From the NCBI GenBank assembly GCA_038230375.1, contig JBBRNJ010000028.1, forward strand, positions 30,843 through 94,842: a stretch of DNA of 64,000 nucleotides. The letters are read 5' to 3'. The notes beneath the pieces were generated by a model, which did not search any database, was not told the origin of the DNA, and saw nothing but the letters and a program-made list of their open reading frames with translations. The translations under genes were made by a program, and so were the position numbers. The stretch is from Polyangiales bacterium (lineage in GTDB: Bacteria; Myxococcota_A; Polyangia; Polyangiales; Polyangiaceae). Positions 28,134 through 39,162 of this stretch are shown here, piece by piece; within the stretch, counting starts at the first letter, position 1, and each line of letters starts with the position of its first letter.

Positions 28134-30860
28134 GTGCGCGCGACTCCGCTCTACGCAATCCTTCTTTCGCTCGCGCTATCTCCGCGACCTGCCGCGGCCG
28201 CTGGCGATCCGGCGGAGCTCGAGATCGCGCCTGGGGAGCACGGTGAGCTGGGCATCCTGATGCTGCAGGGTCCCTTCCCTGCGCAGAACGCGCCGGCCGC
28301 GCCGCTGGCTTCTGGCAGGTGGACGTCCGCCATGAACCGGATGGGCGTGGTGGACGTGGCGCGCGGCAAGACCCACACGGACGCGGTGATGTTCGCGCGG
28401 CTCGCGCTCGACGTGACGGTCGAGGCCGACTACGTGCTCATGCTCGGCACCGACGACGGCGTGACCGTGCTCGCCGACGGCGCCCGCATCTACGAACGCG
28501 ATGTGGCGCGTCCGCTCCGCGAGGACGACGACATGCTGCCGCTCCACCTCACGCGCGGGCGCCACGAGGTCACGCTGCGGCTCCATCAACGGTCCGGCGC
28601 GTGGACAGTGAAGGTCCGCCTCACGGGCAGCGACCTTCGCGCCACCGGCGCCGTGGCGCTCATGGTGCCGCGCGACGCCGTGACGGACGCGGATCTGATG
28701 TCGCTCACCAGCGTGCAGTTCGATCGCGGGCTTGGACCACAGGGCCTCTCGCCGCGGATCGTCGTGCAGTTTCCCGCTGGATTTCCCCGTGATCTGGCGC
28801 TGCCCGTTCGTGCCACGCTGGTGACCCCGGGCCGCACCGTCTTCACGCTGCCATGCGGCGAGGCGCGGGCGCAGAACGGAATCGCGAGAGACTACGAGGT
28901 GAGCCTGCCGCAGGTGGCGCCGGCCGACGTTCCACCTGGCACACGGCTCTCGCTCGTCGTGGGCTCGCGAACGCTGAGCCTCCCCGTCGCCGCGCCGGAA
29001 GACGTCGTGCGCGCAGTGGCTCGCGCGCGCGCCGAGCTCTCGAAATCGCCACGCGACGGTGAGGATCCGGACCTGCGCCCCACGCTCCGCTTGCTGGCGG
29101 ACCGGCTCCTTCGCTTCACGAACGATGGCGACACGGACTACCCCGCGCTCGATGCGGAGGCAGCGGACCTGTCACGCGTGCTCTCCGCAGTCGAGGCCGG
29201 CACCGACCCATGGAAGGAGCGCGTGGGACCGCACCGCCGCGCCTATCTGTCGACCTCCGACGGCATGCCGCAAGAGCTCGCCGTCTACGTGCCGCCCGGC
29301 TACGATCCGAAGCGAAAGCTCCCGCTCGTGGTCGCGCTGCACGGCCTGGATGGCTATCCCATGGCGATGCTGCGCTGGTTCTTCGGCAAGGACGAGACCG
29401 GAAAGGATCAGAGCTGGGAAGAGCGACACGACACGCCGTTGCCTGCGCTCGGGGCCATCGTGATCGCGCCCAACGGGCATGGCAACACGATGTACCGGGA
29501 GCAAGGAGAGGATGACGTGCTCGCCGCGCTCGCATGGGCCAGACGGCACTACAGCATCGATGATTCCGCGATCACCATCACCGGCCCGTCGATGGGCGGG
29601 ATGGGCGCCGCGGCGATCCCTCTTCGTCATCCCGACCTCTTCGCAGCGGCCGCGCCGCTGTGCGGCTACCACAGCTACTTCATCCGCCGCGACATCGGAC
29701 CGGTCACGCGGCGACCCTGGGAGCAGTTCGTGGCAGAGGAGCGTTCGAACGCGCTCTGGGCGGAGAACGGACGCAGCCTCCCGCTCTACATCGTTCACGG
29801 GCAGCGCGATCTGCCGGTCGAGAACAGCCAGGTCCTCATCGATCGGTACGAGGCGCTCCACTACGCCGTGGTGCACGAGCACCCGGATCTGGGGCACAAC
29901 GTGTGGCAGACGAGCTACGAAGACTTGAAGCTCGCCAAATGGCTCGTGGGAAAGCGCCGCCGCTTCGATCGCGATCACGTCGTCATGAAGACCACGAGCT
30001 CTCGCACCGGCGACGTGGGGTTCGTTCACCTCGACGCGCTCGCCGCGTACGGTGCGTGGGCCACCGTCGACGCACGCCGCACCCGCGCCGACGTGGTGGT
30101 GAAGACGACCAACCTGCGCGCGCTGCACCTCGATCGTGATTCGATTCCCGACGGAGCGCCGCCCGCTGCCATGCGCGTCACGGTCGACGGTGCGTTGCTG
30201 TCGTTCGCCCCGGAAGAGCCGCTCGCGCTTCATCGCGTTGACGGCGCATGGGCGAAGGGGCGGCTCGAGCCAGGACCGCCGACGAAGCACGGCCACGTGA
30301 CTGGCCCTTTCCGCGATGTGTTCCGCGAGCCCGTGCTCTTTGTCTACGGTGCATCCGATCCCGAGGGCGTCGTGGCCAACGAGACCGTGGCCCGCTACCA
30401 CGCCCGCGGAAAGAACTACGTGTCCGTGCGCTACCCCGTCATGAGCGATCGCGAGTTCCGCGAGCGCGGCGAGCGCATCGATCAGGATCGCCCGCTTTTT
30501 CTCGTGGGAAACGCGAAGGAGAACTCGCTCGTTCGCGAGCTGGAGGAGGCGTTTCCGATCAAGGTTCTGGGCGATGCGATCACCGTCGGCGGCACTGCAT
30601 TCCGCGGAGTGGAGATCGGAGCGGCGTTCATCCGCCCGAATCCGCGGAACCCGGAGGCCTACGTCGCGGTGATCGAGGCTGTGACTCCGCTCGGGACGAT
30701 GCGCGCGATGTCACTACCCGACATCCTTCCCGACTACGCGGTCTACGATCACGCCGTGGCGCCATCGCGAGGACAGCTGATCCTCGGCGCCGGCAACCTG
30801 GTCACGGGTGGCATGTTCGGGAGCGACTGGTCACTCAGCGCGAACGGCCACGGCCCTTGA
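28134..30860 (+). CDS. Secreted multidomain alpha/beta-hydrolase (esterase/peptidase S9-like)
   Basis: Signal peptide from GTG 28134, GTDDG beta-sandwich motif, VYVPPGYDP..PLVVALHG, nucleophile GPSMGG, IVHG..D..V, LGHNVW. Confidence 0.82.
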   Translation: MRATPLYAILLSLALSPRPAAAAGDPAELEIAPGEHGELGILMLQGPFPAQNAPAAPLASGRWTSAMNRMGVVDVARGKTHTDAVMFARLALDVTVEADYVLMLGTDDGVTVLADGARIYERDVARPLREDDDMLPLHLTRGRHEVTLRLHQRSGAWTVKVRLTGSDLRATGAVALMVPRDAVTDADLMSLTSVQFDRGLGPQGLSPRIVVQFPAGFPRDLALPVRATLVTPGRTVFTLPCGEARAQNGIARDYEVSLPQVAPADVPPGTRLSLVVGSRTLSLPVAAPEDVVRAVARARAELSKSPRDGEDPDLRPTLRLLADRLLRFTNDGDTDYPALDAEAADLSRVLSAVEAGTDPWKERVGPHRRAYLSTSDGMPQELAVYVPPGYDPKRKLPLVVALHGLDGYPMAMLRWFFGKDETGKDQSWEERHDTPLPALGAIVIAPNGHGNTMYREQGEDDVLAALAWARRHYSIDDSAITITGPSMGGMGAAAIPLRHPDLFAAAAPLCGYHSYFIRRDIGPVTRRPWEQFVAEERSNALWAENGRSLPLYIVHGQRDLPVENSQVLIDRYEALHYAVVHEHPDLGHNVWQTSYEDLKLAKWLVGKRRRFDRDHVVMKTTSSRTGDVGFVHLDALAAYGAWATVDARRTRADVVVKTTNLRALHLDRDSIPDGAPPAAMRVTVDGALLSFAPEEPLALHRVDGAWAKGRLEPGPPTKHGHVTGPFRDVFREPVLFVYGASDPEGVVANETVARYHARGKNYVSVRYPVMSDREFRERGERIDQDRPLFLVGNAKENSLVRELEEAFPIKVLGDAITVGGTAFRGVEIGAAFIRPNPRNPEAYVAVIEAVTPLGTMRAMSLPDILPDYAVYDHAVAPSRGQLILGAGNLVTGGMFGSDWSLSANGHGP

Positions 30861-32043
30861 CGCGGCTGGTGTCTTCCGTCGCGCCGATGCCGCCAGCAGT
30901 GCCGGTCGTGCGCGTGCGACCGTAACGGCCACCGCCAAGCTCGGGACGGGCGCTCGTCCCCTGGCTCCCGGCCTGACCCCCGCTCTGGCCTCGGGTCGGG
31001 CCGCTGGCCTGGCCTGAGCTCCGCCCGCGTCCAGCAGGGCGGGCATCCGCGCTGGTCTGGCCGGTGGGCGCGGACCGTCCGCGGCCTGCACCGCCACCCC
31101 AGTCCTCCTTCACCTCGTAGCCGCGACGGCCGGGGCTTCCGCCGCCGTACCGCGCGCCTTCCGTTCTATCGCCCTGCTGCGTGGGTGCAGCCTTCCCACG
31201 TCCGCCGCCCTTCGGTCGTGCGCTGTTCGCACGGGTCCGCGGGCTCCGCCCGGTGTTCACGCGCGCGTTTCCGAGCTGTTTCAGATCCTCGGTGCCCACG
31301 GCAAGCTTCTTGGGAACGCCGTACCGCTTGCGGAGATCGTGGAGTTCCTCGCGCGTGACGGCGCGCAGTGCGCCAGGCGCGAGTCCCTCGGTCGTGATGC
31401 CCGCGAACGAGATCCGGGACAGCCGCATCACCGGGTAGCCCGTGGCCTCACCCATGCGGCGGATCTGCTGGTTCCGACCTTCGGTGAGCGTGATGTAGAA
31501 CCACGTCTTGTCGTCCTCGAACCGGTCGAACTTCACGTCCGCGGGCTTCGTCTTGCCGTCGGAGAGCGAGATGCCCCTGCGCCAGTTCTCCAGGTCCACG
31601 TCCAGCATGCGGCCGCTGACCTTCACGATGTACATCTTGGGCACGTCCGTGCGCGGGTGCAGCAGCCCGTTCATGAACTCGCCGTCGTTGGTGATGAGCA
31701 GCGCGCCGGAGGTGGCGAAGTCGAGCCGACCCACCGGGAAGACGCGCGCCTTGATGTTCGGGAAGCGCGCGAGCGCCTCCTTCACGGACGGACGGCCCTC
31801 GGGGTCCGACAGGGTCGACACCACGCCGCGGGGTTTGTGAAAGATGTAGTATACAAGGTTTTCTGCGACGAGCCGCGTGCCGTCCACCTCGATGCGATCG
31901 TTCGCGGGGTCTGCCTTGGCGCCGAGCTCCGACACGACGTGCCCGTTCACGCGGACGCGCCCGCTCGTGATCATGTCTTCGGCGTGCCTGCGTGAGGCGA
32001 TGCCCGCCCGTGCGAGGATCTTCTGGAGGCGTTCGCTCTTCAC
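30835..32043 (-). CDS. rluB: rRNA pseudouridine synthase (RsuA/RluB family)
   Basis: S4 domain ERLQKILARAGIASRR, HKPRGVV, PVGRLD, EGRNQQIRRM; long Gly/Arg-rich tail. Confidence 0.88.
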   Translation of the reverse strand: MKSERLQKILARAGIASRRHAEDMITSGRVRVNGHVVSELGAKADPANDRIEVDGTRLVAENLVYYIFHKPRGVVSTLSDPEGRPSVKEALARFPNIKARVFPVGRLDFATSGALLITNDGEFMNGLLHPRTDVPKMYIVKVSGRMLDVDLENWRRGISLSDGKTKPADVKFDRFEDDKTWFYITLTEGRNQQIRRMGEATGYPVMRLSRISFAGITTEGLAPGALRAVTREELHDLRKRYGVPKKLAVGTEDLKQLGNARVNTGRSPRTRANSARPKGGGRGKAAPTQQGDRTEGARYGGGSPGRRGYEVKEDWGGGAGRGRSAPTGQTSADARPAGRGRSSGQASGPTRGQSGGQAGSQGTSARPELGGGRYGRTRTTGTAGGIGATEDTSRVKGRGRSR

Positions 32044-32077
32044 GGATTTTCTCGGGTCGGCGGGTTACGGGGCCTGG

Positions 32078-32854
32078 CTACTTCTTCGGTCTCTTCGCGC
32101 CTGCATCGGCCGGCGCGCCTGCGTCGACGGGGCTTGACGAGACACCTGCATCCATCGCCGCGAGGGCCTTCTTCTCGTCCTGCTCCTGCGCGTACTTCAT
32201 GGCCTCGTCGCGGTCCCAGCGATCGACGTGTCCGTCGAACGAGTCGTCCACGCCGACGCGCTCGAGGTGACCCTTCGTGTAGATCTCCCAGACGTCAGGC
32301 TTGCCATCGAAGTTGCGGTCGCGGCGGATGCGATTCAGCTGACCGTCGAGATAGAACTTCCACACGTCGGCCTTGCCGTCGTGGTTTGTGTCCAGGTCCT
32401 CCTCCGCGATGCGTCCATCGACGAAGGTGAGCCACACGTCGCTCTTGCCGTCGTAGTCGCGATCCGACTCTTCCTTGACGGCTTCGCCCTTGGCGTTGAA
32501 CGTACGAATGACGTCCTTGATACCGTCGAGGTTGGTGTCGATCTCACGGCAGACGAGCGTCTTGTGGCGGGAGTCCCCCTCGCCCTCCATGCGATAGACG
32601 CGGCGCACGTTCGGCTTCAGCGCGCCCGGTCCCGCGGTCTCGGCGATCTCGAGCTCCGGCTTGCCGCGCCAATCGCAGCGCGAGTGGTCGTCTGCAGGCC
32701 ACTTGCTCGGGTCGTGCGAGCCGCCGGGTGTGACGGCAGTGGTGCCCGTGCCAATGGGAGCGCGCTCCTTGTTTCCGCCGCCGCAAGCGACGACCAGACC
32801 GAGCCCCACGGGACCGATCGACCATGCGATGAATGATGCGAGAGAGCGCTTCAT
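32078..32854 (-). CDS. Lipoprotein with repeated DxNxDG motifs
   Basis: Lipobox VVAC; DTNLDG, DRDYDG, DTNHDG, DRNFDG, DDSFDG at ~22-aa spacing. Confidence 0.8.
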   Translation of the reverse strand: MKRSLASFIAWSIGPVGLGLVVACGGGNKERAPIGTGTTAVTPGGSHDPSKWPADDHSRCDWRGKPELEIAETAGPGALKPNVRRVYRMEGEGDSRHKTLVCREIDTNLDGIKDVIRTFNAKGEAVKEESDRDYDGKSDVWLTFVDGRIAEEDLDTNHDGKADVWKFYLDGQLNRIRRDRNFDGKPDVWEIYTKGHLERVGVDDSFDGHVDRWDRDEAMKYAQEQDEKKALAAMDAGVSSSPVDAGAPADAGAKRPKK

Positions 32855-33645
32855 TTCTTGCCTTTCTTCGGCTTCGCGCCAGCATCAGCAGACACGCCCG
32901 CGTCGCCCGGGCCCGTTGTGTCCGCAACCGGGGCCGGAGGGGGCGGCGGAGGCGGTGGCGGTGGCGGCGCTGTCATCCCACCGTCGACGTTTGCGCCGAG
33001 AGGCATGGGCGCCCCTCCTTCCTTCCCGTTGTCTCCCATGACGACGGTGGACTCCGGATCCGGAAGGCCATCGCCGTTGCGGTCCATCGCGATGGTGACC
33101 TTGTCACCCTCGTACGTCCACCACTGGTCGATGCGTCCGTCGTTGGTCGAGTCGCGCTCGCGCTTCACGATCTTCCCCGTCGCCGGGTCGAACGTGTCCC
33201 ACGTGTCCAGGCGTCCCTGGTTGGTCGTGTCGAGCTCGCGGCTGACGAGCTTGCCATTTTCGTAGTGCTCGATCAGGTTCGCAACGGCGTTGTCGTCGAA
33301 GTCGACCTCGCGGCGGCGAATCTGGCCGGTCTTGTCGAAGTACTCGAACATGTCCGGCTTGCCGTCGTGGTTCATGTCGGACACGCGGCAGATCTCGACC
33401 GTGCCATTGTAGACGCGGCGGATGTCGGTCTTGCCGTCGCCGTTCGTGTCGAGGCTCTCGATACGCTTGCCACCTTCGTCACAGGACTCGTGGTCGATCG
33501 ACTCCGAGCGAACCTGGCTTGGTCCATTTGCATTTGCGGCAGTGCTCGCGCCTGCAGCGGCCTTCTCGCCGCCGCAGCCGAACCCTGCCAGAACGCCAGC
33601 GGTCAGAAGCCCCGCGGCCACGCTCGCCCAAATCATCCGTCGCAT
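32851..33645 (-). CDS. Lipoprotein with repeated DxNxDG motifs (paralogue of the neighbour)
   Basis: Start MRRMIW (33645), lipobox GFGC; DTNGDG, DMNHDG, DFDDN, DTTNQG, DSTNDG, DRNGDG; poly-Pro tail. Confidence 0.8.
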   Translation of the reverse strand: MRRMIWASVAAGLLTAGVLAGFGCGGEKAAAGASTAANANGPSQVRSESIDHESCDEGGKRIESLDTNGDGKTDIRRVYNGTVEICRVSDMNHDGKPDMFEYFDKTGQIRRREVDFDDNAVANLIEHYENGKLVSRELDTTNQGRLDTWDTFDPATGKIVKRERDSTNDGRIDQWWTYEGDKVTIAMDRNGDGLPDPESTVVMGDNGKEGGAPMPLGANVDGGMTAPPPPPPPPPPPAPVADTTGPGDAGVSADAGAKPKKGKK

Positions 33646-33915
33646 GCATGCCCCTGTACGTGATCGCGCTCGTGACCCCATCGGGTACAAAAGCCTCGGC
33701 CGCACAATAGACAGCCTGGTGCGTCAGAGGCAAGCCTCCCGAGCCCATCCACCCGATCTTGTGGGCGGTTGGTCCAATCCCATAGGGGATACTCCCAGCC
33801 AAAACGGCCCCTTAGGACCAGCCTTGGGGAAACTTGTTGAAAGATTAGGGACGAGTTCTAATTACACCAATGATATCGACTGTTTGACAAATCGAAGGGG
33901 CGATCACGGGTACGG

Positions 33916-33938
33916 CTTGACCGTCACGTATGGTCAAG
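33916..33938. promoter_or_regulatory. Inverted repeat (candidate operator) upstream of the cdbA-like gene
   Basis: CTTGACC-N9-GGTCAAG in an AT-richer intergenic region; the left arm contains a TTGACC -35-like hexamer. Confidence 0.45.
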
Positions 33939-34043
33939 TAGTGTATAGCCATGGTCGGCCCTATCCCCGATCACCTCATTCTGGTCTCAACGGGGTGTAC
34001 CAACCCCTGCTAGACCGCTCGGAAGATTCCCATCGACCTCCCC

Positions 34044-34400
34044 ATGCGCAAGAAGATCTCCACCACCATCTACGTGACGCCGGAGCAGGCCGACAAGCTG
34101 AAGCTCCTGCACGATCGTACCAAGGTGCCCGTGGCGGTCTACATTCGCGAGGGCATCGATCTGGTCCTCCGCCACTACGCGCACCTGCTGCCAGGTCAGC
34201 TGCCGCTCGTGGACTCCGCCCTCGACGTCTCCGCGCTCGCTGCCTCGTCTGCCTCCTCCGCCTCCTCCGCCTCCACCAAGGCACGTGGGGACAACCGTGA
34301 GCGCCCGAGCACCGCCTCGCTCCAAGCCGCGACCGCCGTCAACAACGGGAACGCGAACGACGCGAACGGCGACGAACCGAAGGCCGCGAAGCAGCGCTGA
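34044..34400 (+). CDS. cdbA: Ribbon-helix-helix DNA-binding protein, CdbA-like (c-di-GMP-binding nucleoid-associated protein)
   Basis: RKKISTTIYVTPEQ..LK.L..RTKVPVAVYIREGIDLVL..Y...LPGQ closely matches my recollection of M. xanthus CdbA; extra Ala/Ser/Asn-rich tail. Confidence 0.82.
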   Translation: MRKKISTTIYVTPEQADKLKLLHDRTKVPVAVYIREGIDLVLRHYAHLLPGQLPLVDSALDVSALAASSASSASSASTKARGDNRERPSTASLQAATAVNNGNANDANGDEPKAAKQR

Positions 34401-34418
34401 GCGAACGCGCAGGACCCG

Positions 34419-34955
34419 TCAGGGCTCCTGGACGATGATCTCCTTGGAGAGCGACGACGTCAGCAGCTCGATGACTCCCGCGCCCGGATCACCCTTGGCG
34501 TAGGCCCAGTACCCCGAACCCACGGTTCCCACGGGCGCGTTCGCGACGATCTGGGTGCCTGACACTGCCGGAGAGTCCACGAAGACTCCGCCGAATATGC
34601 CAGCCTCCGTCGCATAGCCGAACAGGACGGGCCCATCTGGGTTCACCGTGAGCATGCTCCATTTGTTCGTCGTCGACCCTGCACAGTTGGGATCCCAGCC
34701 CCACTTCTTGCCGTTGACTCCATTCGAAGGGCACAGCGTGCCGCCGTTGCCAATATCGGCATACGAGCCCGTCTCTGCTTTGTACGCTTCCTGCGAGAGT
34801 CGGATGGAGCCGAGCACCTGCCGAGGCTCCGCCCCCTTCGATGACGCGATGATGGCTCGGTACCCGAACAGCGCGACGACTGCGAGGATGCCGATGATCG
34901 CGACAACGATCATGAGCTCGACAAGCGTGAAACCAGCGTTGCGCGACGTCCGCAT
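34419..34955 (-). CDS. Type IVa pilin (178 aa)
   Basis: Class III signal MRTSRNAG|FTLVELMIVVAIIGILAVVA; Cys pair; true start 34955. Confidence 0.92.
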   Translation of the reverse strand: MRTSRNAGFTLVELMIVVAIIGILAVVALFGYRAIIASSKGAEPRQVLGSIRLSQEAYKAETGSYADIGNGGTLCPSNGVNGKKWGWDPNCAGSTTNKWSMLTVNPDGPVLFGYATEAGIFGGVFVDSPAVSGTQIVANAPVGTVGSGYWAYAKGDPGAGVIELLTSSLSKEIIVQEP

Positions 34956-35000
34956 GTTCAATCTGTTCCCCTGAGGCCTTCGGTGTGATCCGGGAGTGAC

Positions 35001-35015
35001 GCACGACACGTACCA
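35001..35015 (-). promoter_or_regulatory. Sigma54 promoter for the minus-strand pilin
   Basis: Minus strand TGGTAC-GTGTC-GTGC, GG-N10-GC, ~45 nt before the ATG. Confidence 0.65.
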
Positions 35016-35143
35016 GCAGCCGCGCCTATGTTGAGTAAAGCAGACATGTTCTACGTCGGTACCCATTTCCTGCGATACGCAGGCGATTCGTGGGTGCCCG
35101 TGCGCGATCTCCCGCGAGGGTAGGCCTCGTTTCGCGCGCCACA

Positions 35144-35217
35144 TGTCGCGGCTGACACGCCCCTGTACCGTGAAGTGCGATGACAATTCTTGGCGATGTG
35201 GTGACAAACTTTGTCGC
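35144..35217. promoter_or_regulatory. Candidate enhancer (bEBP/PilR-type) binding sites
   Basis: TGTC-N6-GACA (35144-57), TGACAA (35181) and palindrome GTGACAAA-C-TTTGTCGC (35201-17), all between the two sigma54 promoters. Confidence 0.55.
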
Positions 35218-35304
35218 GCGCACAGGTGTGTGAAGGCGTCAGCGTGGCGTTCCGGGCCCTCATTTTCCCATGCGAAAAGGCCAGCGCCCTCGGTATCGCT
35301 GCGG

Positions 35305-35319
35305 TGGCACGGACCCTGC
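35305..35319 (+). promoter_or_regulatory. Sigma54 promoter for the plus-strand pilin
   Basis: TGGCAC-GGACC-CTGC, GG-N10-GC, ~80 nt upstream of the start; AAGGAG RBS follows. Confidence 0.72.
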
Positions 35320-35399
35320 GTTGGGTCCGTCCAAGGTTTCGGCGAGCGTCTCAATACGCTGGCCCGCGACGGTTCTAGTGCACAAGGAGCGAGTACAAA

Positions 35400-36032
35400 A
35401 TGATTACGAAGAAAAATGTGCAGCGTGGCTTTACGCTGATCGAGCTGATGATCGTCGTTGCGATCGTCGGCATCCTCGCAGTGCTCGCCGTCTTCGGCGT
35501 TCGCCGCTACCTCTCGAACGCCAAGTCTGCTGAGGCGTCGAACTCCCTCGGTATGATGAACCAAGGCGCTGTGGCCGCGTTCGAGCAAGAGACCACACCG
35601 TCGCAGCTGCTCGCGCCGGGTACCTCCAGCGTCGGCGTCCTCCACGCGCTCTGTGCGACCTCCACTGCGGCCGTTCCGACGAACGTCGCGTCCGTCAAGG
35701 GCATCAAGTACGTTGCCAACAACAGCGGCGGCGTCGACTACGCGAAGGACGCGAACTTGGCGGCCCCCACGGGCTTCGCCTGCCTCCGCTTCGAGATCAA
35801 CCAGCCGCAGTTCTATCAGTATCGCTACACCGCGGCCGGCCCTGACACGACGTCCGATGGTCGTCCGGGCACAGTGAACGTGCCGACCTGGCTCGCGACG
35901 TCGTGGGAAGTTGCCGCTTACGGCGACCTGAATGGAGACGGCCGAACGTCTGCGTTCATCACGGGTGGCGATACAGGGTCCTCGCGCGCGATCACGGCCA
36001 CCACCGTCATGACGACGGACCCGGAAGAGTGA
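35400..36032 (+). CDS. pilA: Type IVa major pilin, PilA-like
   Basis: MITKKNVQRG|FTLIELMIVVAIVGILAVLA; AKSAEA; Cys pair; AYGDLNGDG; strong RBS, sigma54 promoter and terminator. Confidence 0.88.
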   Translation: MITKKNVQRGFTLIELMIVVAIVGILAVLAVFGVRRYLSNAKSAEASNSLGMMNQGAVAAFEQETTPSQLLAPGTSSVGVLHALCATSTAAVPTNVASVKGIKYVANNSGGVDYAKDANLAAPTGFACLRFEINQPQFYQYRYTAAGPDTTSDGRPGTVNVPTWLATSWEVAAYGDLNGDGRTSAFITGGDTGSSRAITATTVMTTDPEE

Positions 36033-36074
36033 GCATGGCGCCTGGGTTGTCCTGAGGACCCAAGGCACGGTGAG

Positions 36075-36128
36075 ACGCCGCAAGGGACAAGCCTTGCGGC
36101 GTTTGCCGTTTGTTGCTTTGGCTTTTTG
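36075..36128 (+). terminator. Intrinsic terminator after the pilin gene
   Basis: 11-bp perfect stem ACGCCGCAAGG/CCTTGCGGCGT (36075-36102) followed by a T-rich tract. Confidence 0.75.
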
Positions 36129-36142
36129 GCCTTGGCTGTTGA

Positions 36143-37216
36143 TCAGGGCACGCTGAAGCCGAGGCGATGCAGGACCACGCGCCTCACGGCCGGGAGCCGC
36201 AGCCGATAGAGGAAGGCGTCTGCGAAGTAGTGCGCCATCACGACCGCGTTGAGCGAGATCAGCGCCACCTGCACCACGCCCGTGCGACGAACGAGCGCAC
36301 CTGCGAATGGAGCCTGCAAGAGGCCGACGACAAAGAGCGGTGCCATCGCCAGGACCATGAGGCCCCACGAACGGGCGCGCGACAGCTTGCGGACGTCGCC
36401 TTCGCGGGTCTCCAGCATCTGCGCGGTCAGGTAGTAGTACTCGAGACCGTGAAGGCCCGACGTCACGATGAGGCCCCATATCGGTACGTAGAGCGTGAGT
36501 GCCATCGCCACCATGTGTGAGGACAGATAGAGCGTCTTTGCGCGCGAGGCTCCCCCACGAACGACCTGCCTCAGCGTGTGTGCCGCGCCGAGCGCGAACA
36601 GCCCGAGCAGCACGTAGACGCCCGAGAAAGGGAGAAGCGCGCCGACGCCCGGAACCGGCGCGAGCTGCGCGCTCGAGAGCGCAGGGGCGCGCGGGAACAG
36701 CAGCAGCCGCGTGAGCAGCATGAGGAGCACGATCGCGACGAAGTTGTTCTGCACGGAGCGCTCACCCGGAGACGGCGCCTGTTTCGCGCGCAGAGAGTAG
36801 AGCGCCCAGATCCCTTTCACCTGCGACAGCGCATGGTGCTGGGCGAAGATCACGCCGATCGTGATGCCCAGATCGACCAGGGTCGGCACCGTCACCGACG
36901 TCGTCCAGAAGAGGGCGAACGATGCCAGGAACGCGCCGGCCGATCCCCAGATCAAGATGCCCTTCTGCCCAGGCACGGGCGACAGGAGCTCCCGACGTGT
37001 GCCAAGAGCGAGGAACGTCAAGATGACGTGCGTGGTGTTGCCGAGGAGAAATTGGGAGAGATACGTCGCGTATTCGCGCTCGAGAACGCGCCCTTCCCCA
37101 TGCCACCGCTCCAGGATGAAGGCTCCACCGGCAAGCAGGAACGGCAACGCGACGATGGACAGATCCGCATTGCGCGAGAAAAGCCACCCAGCGGTGGTTC
37201 GGGTCGTCACCATCAC
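36143..37216 (-). CDS. Polytopic membrane protein with His motifs
   Basis: About 9-10 hydrophobic segments; [30 protein letters not shown]. Confidence 0.78.
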   Translation of the reverse strand: MMVTTRTTAGWLFSRNADLSIVALPFLLAGGAFILERWHGEGRVLEREYATYLSQFLLGNTTHVILTFLALGTRRELLSPVPGQKGILIWGSAGAFLASFALFWTTSVTVPTLVDLGITIGVIFAQHHALSQVKGIWALYSLRAKQAPSPGERSVQNNFVAIVLLMLLTRLLLFPRAPALSSAQLAPVPGVGALLPFSGVYVLLGLFALGAAHTLRQVVRGGASRAKTLYLSSHMVAMALTLYVPIWGLIVTSGLHGLEYYYLTAQMLETREGDVRKLSRARSWGLMVLAMAPLFVVGLLQAPFAGALVRRTGVVQVALISLNAVVMAHYFADAFLYRLRLPAVRRVVLHRLGFSVP

Positions 37217-37281
37217 GTGAAATCTACCACGAAGATGCGCTCGGTGTTTGGCGGCGCAGGTGCTATGACGCCGGGCTCGTC

Positions 37282-39093
<1,812 letters not shown>

Positions 39094-39162
39094 GCGCGGG
39101 ATAGCCAAAATGCTGTCCGGGACAGGCCAGTTGGATGTACGCTACACGGTCTACCCCGCTCG

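Noticed and set aside
33700..34040. AT-richer intergenic region as an ncRNA or riboswitch
   Set aside because: No recognisable RNA family structure by eye; better explained as divergent promoters. An Rfam scan would be needed to exclude it.
34419..36032. Invertible (phase-variable) pilin cassette
   Set aside because: No flanking recombination-site inverted repeats seen beyond the homologous pilin N-termini, no adjacent invertase, and each gene has its own promoter
34419..36479. 686-aa minus-strand ORF spanning both pilin genes
   Set aside because: Only the last 178 aa are a real pilin, which needs its class III signal at the N-terminus; the rest is antisense to the plus-strand pilin and intergenic DNA
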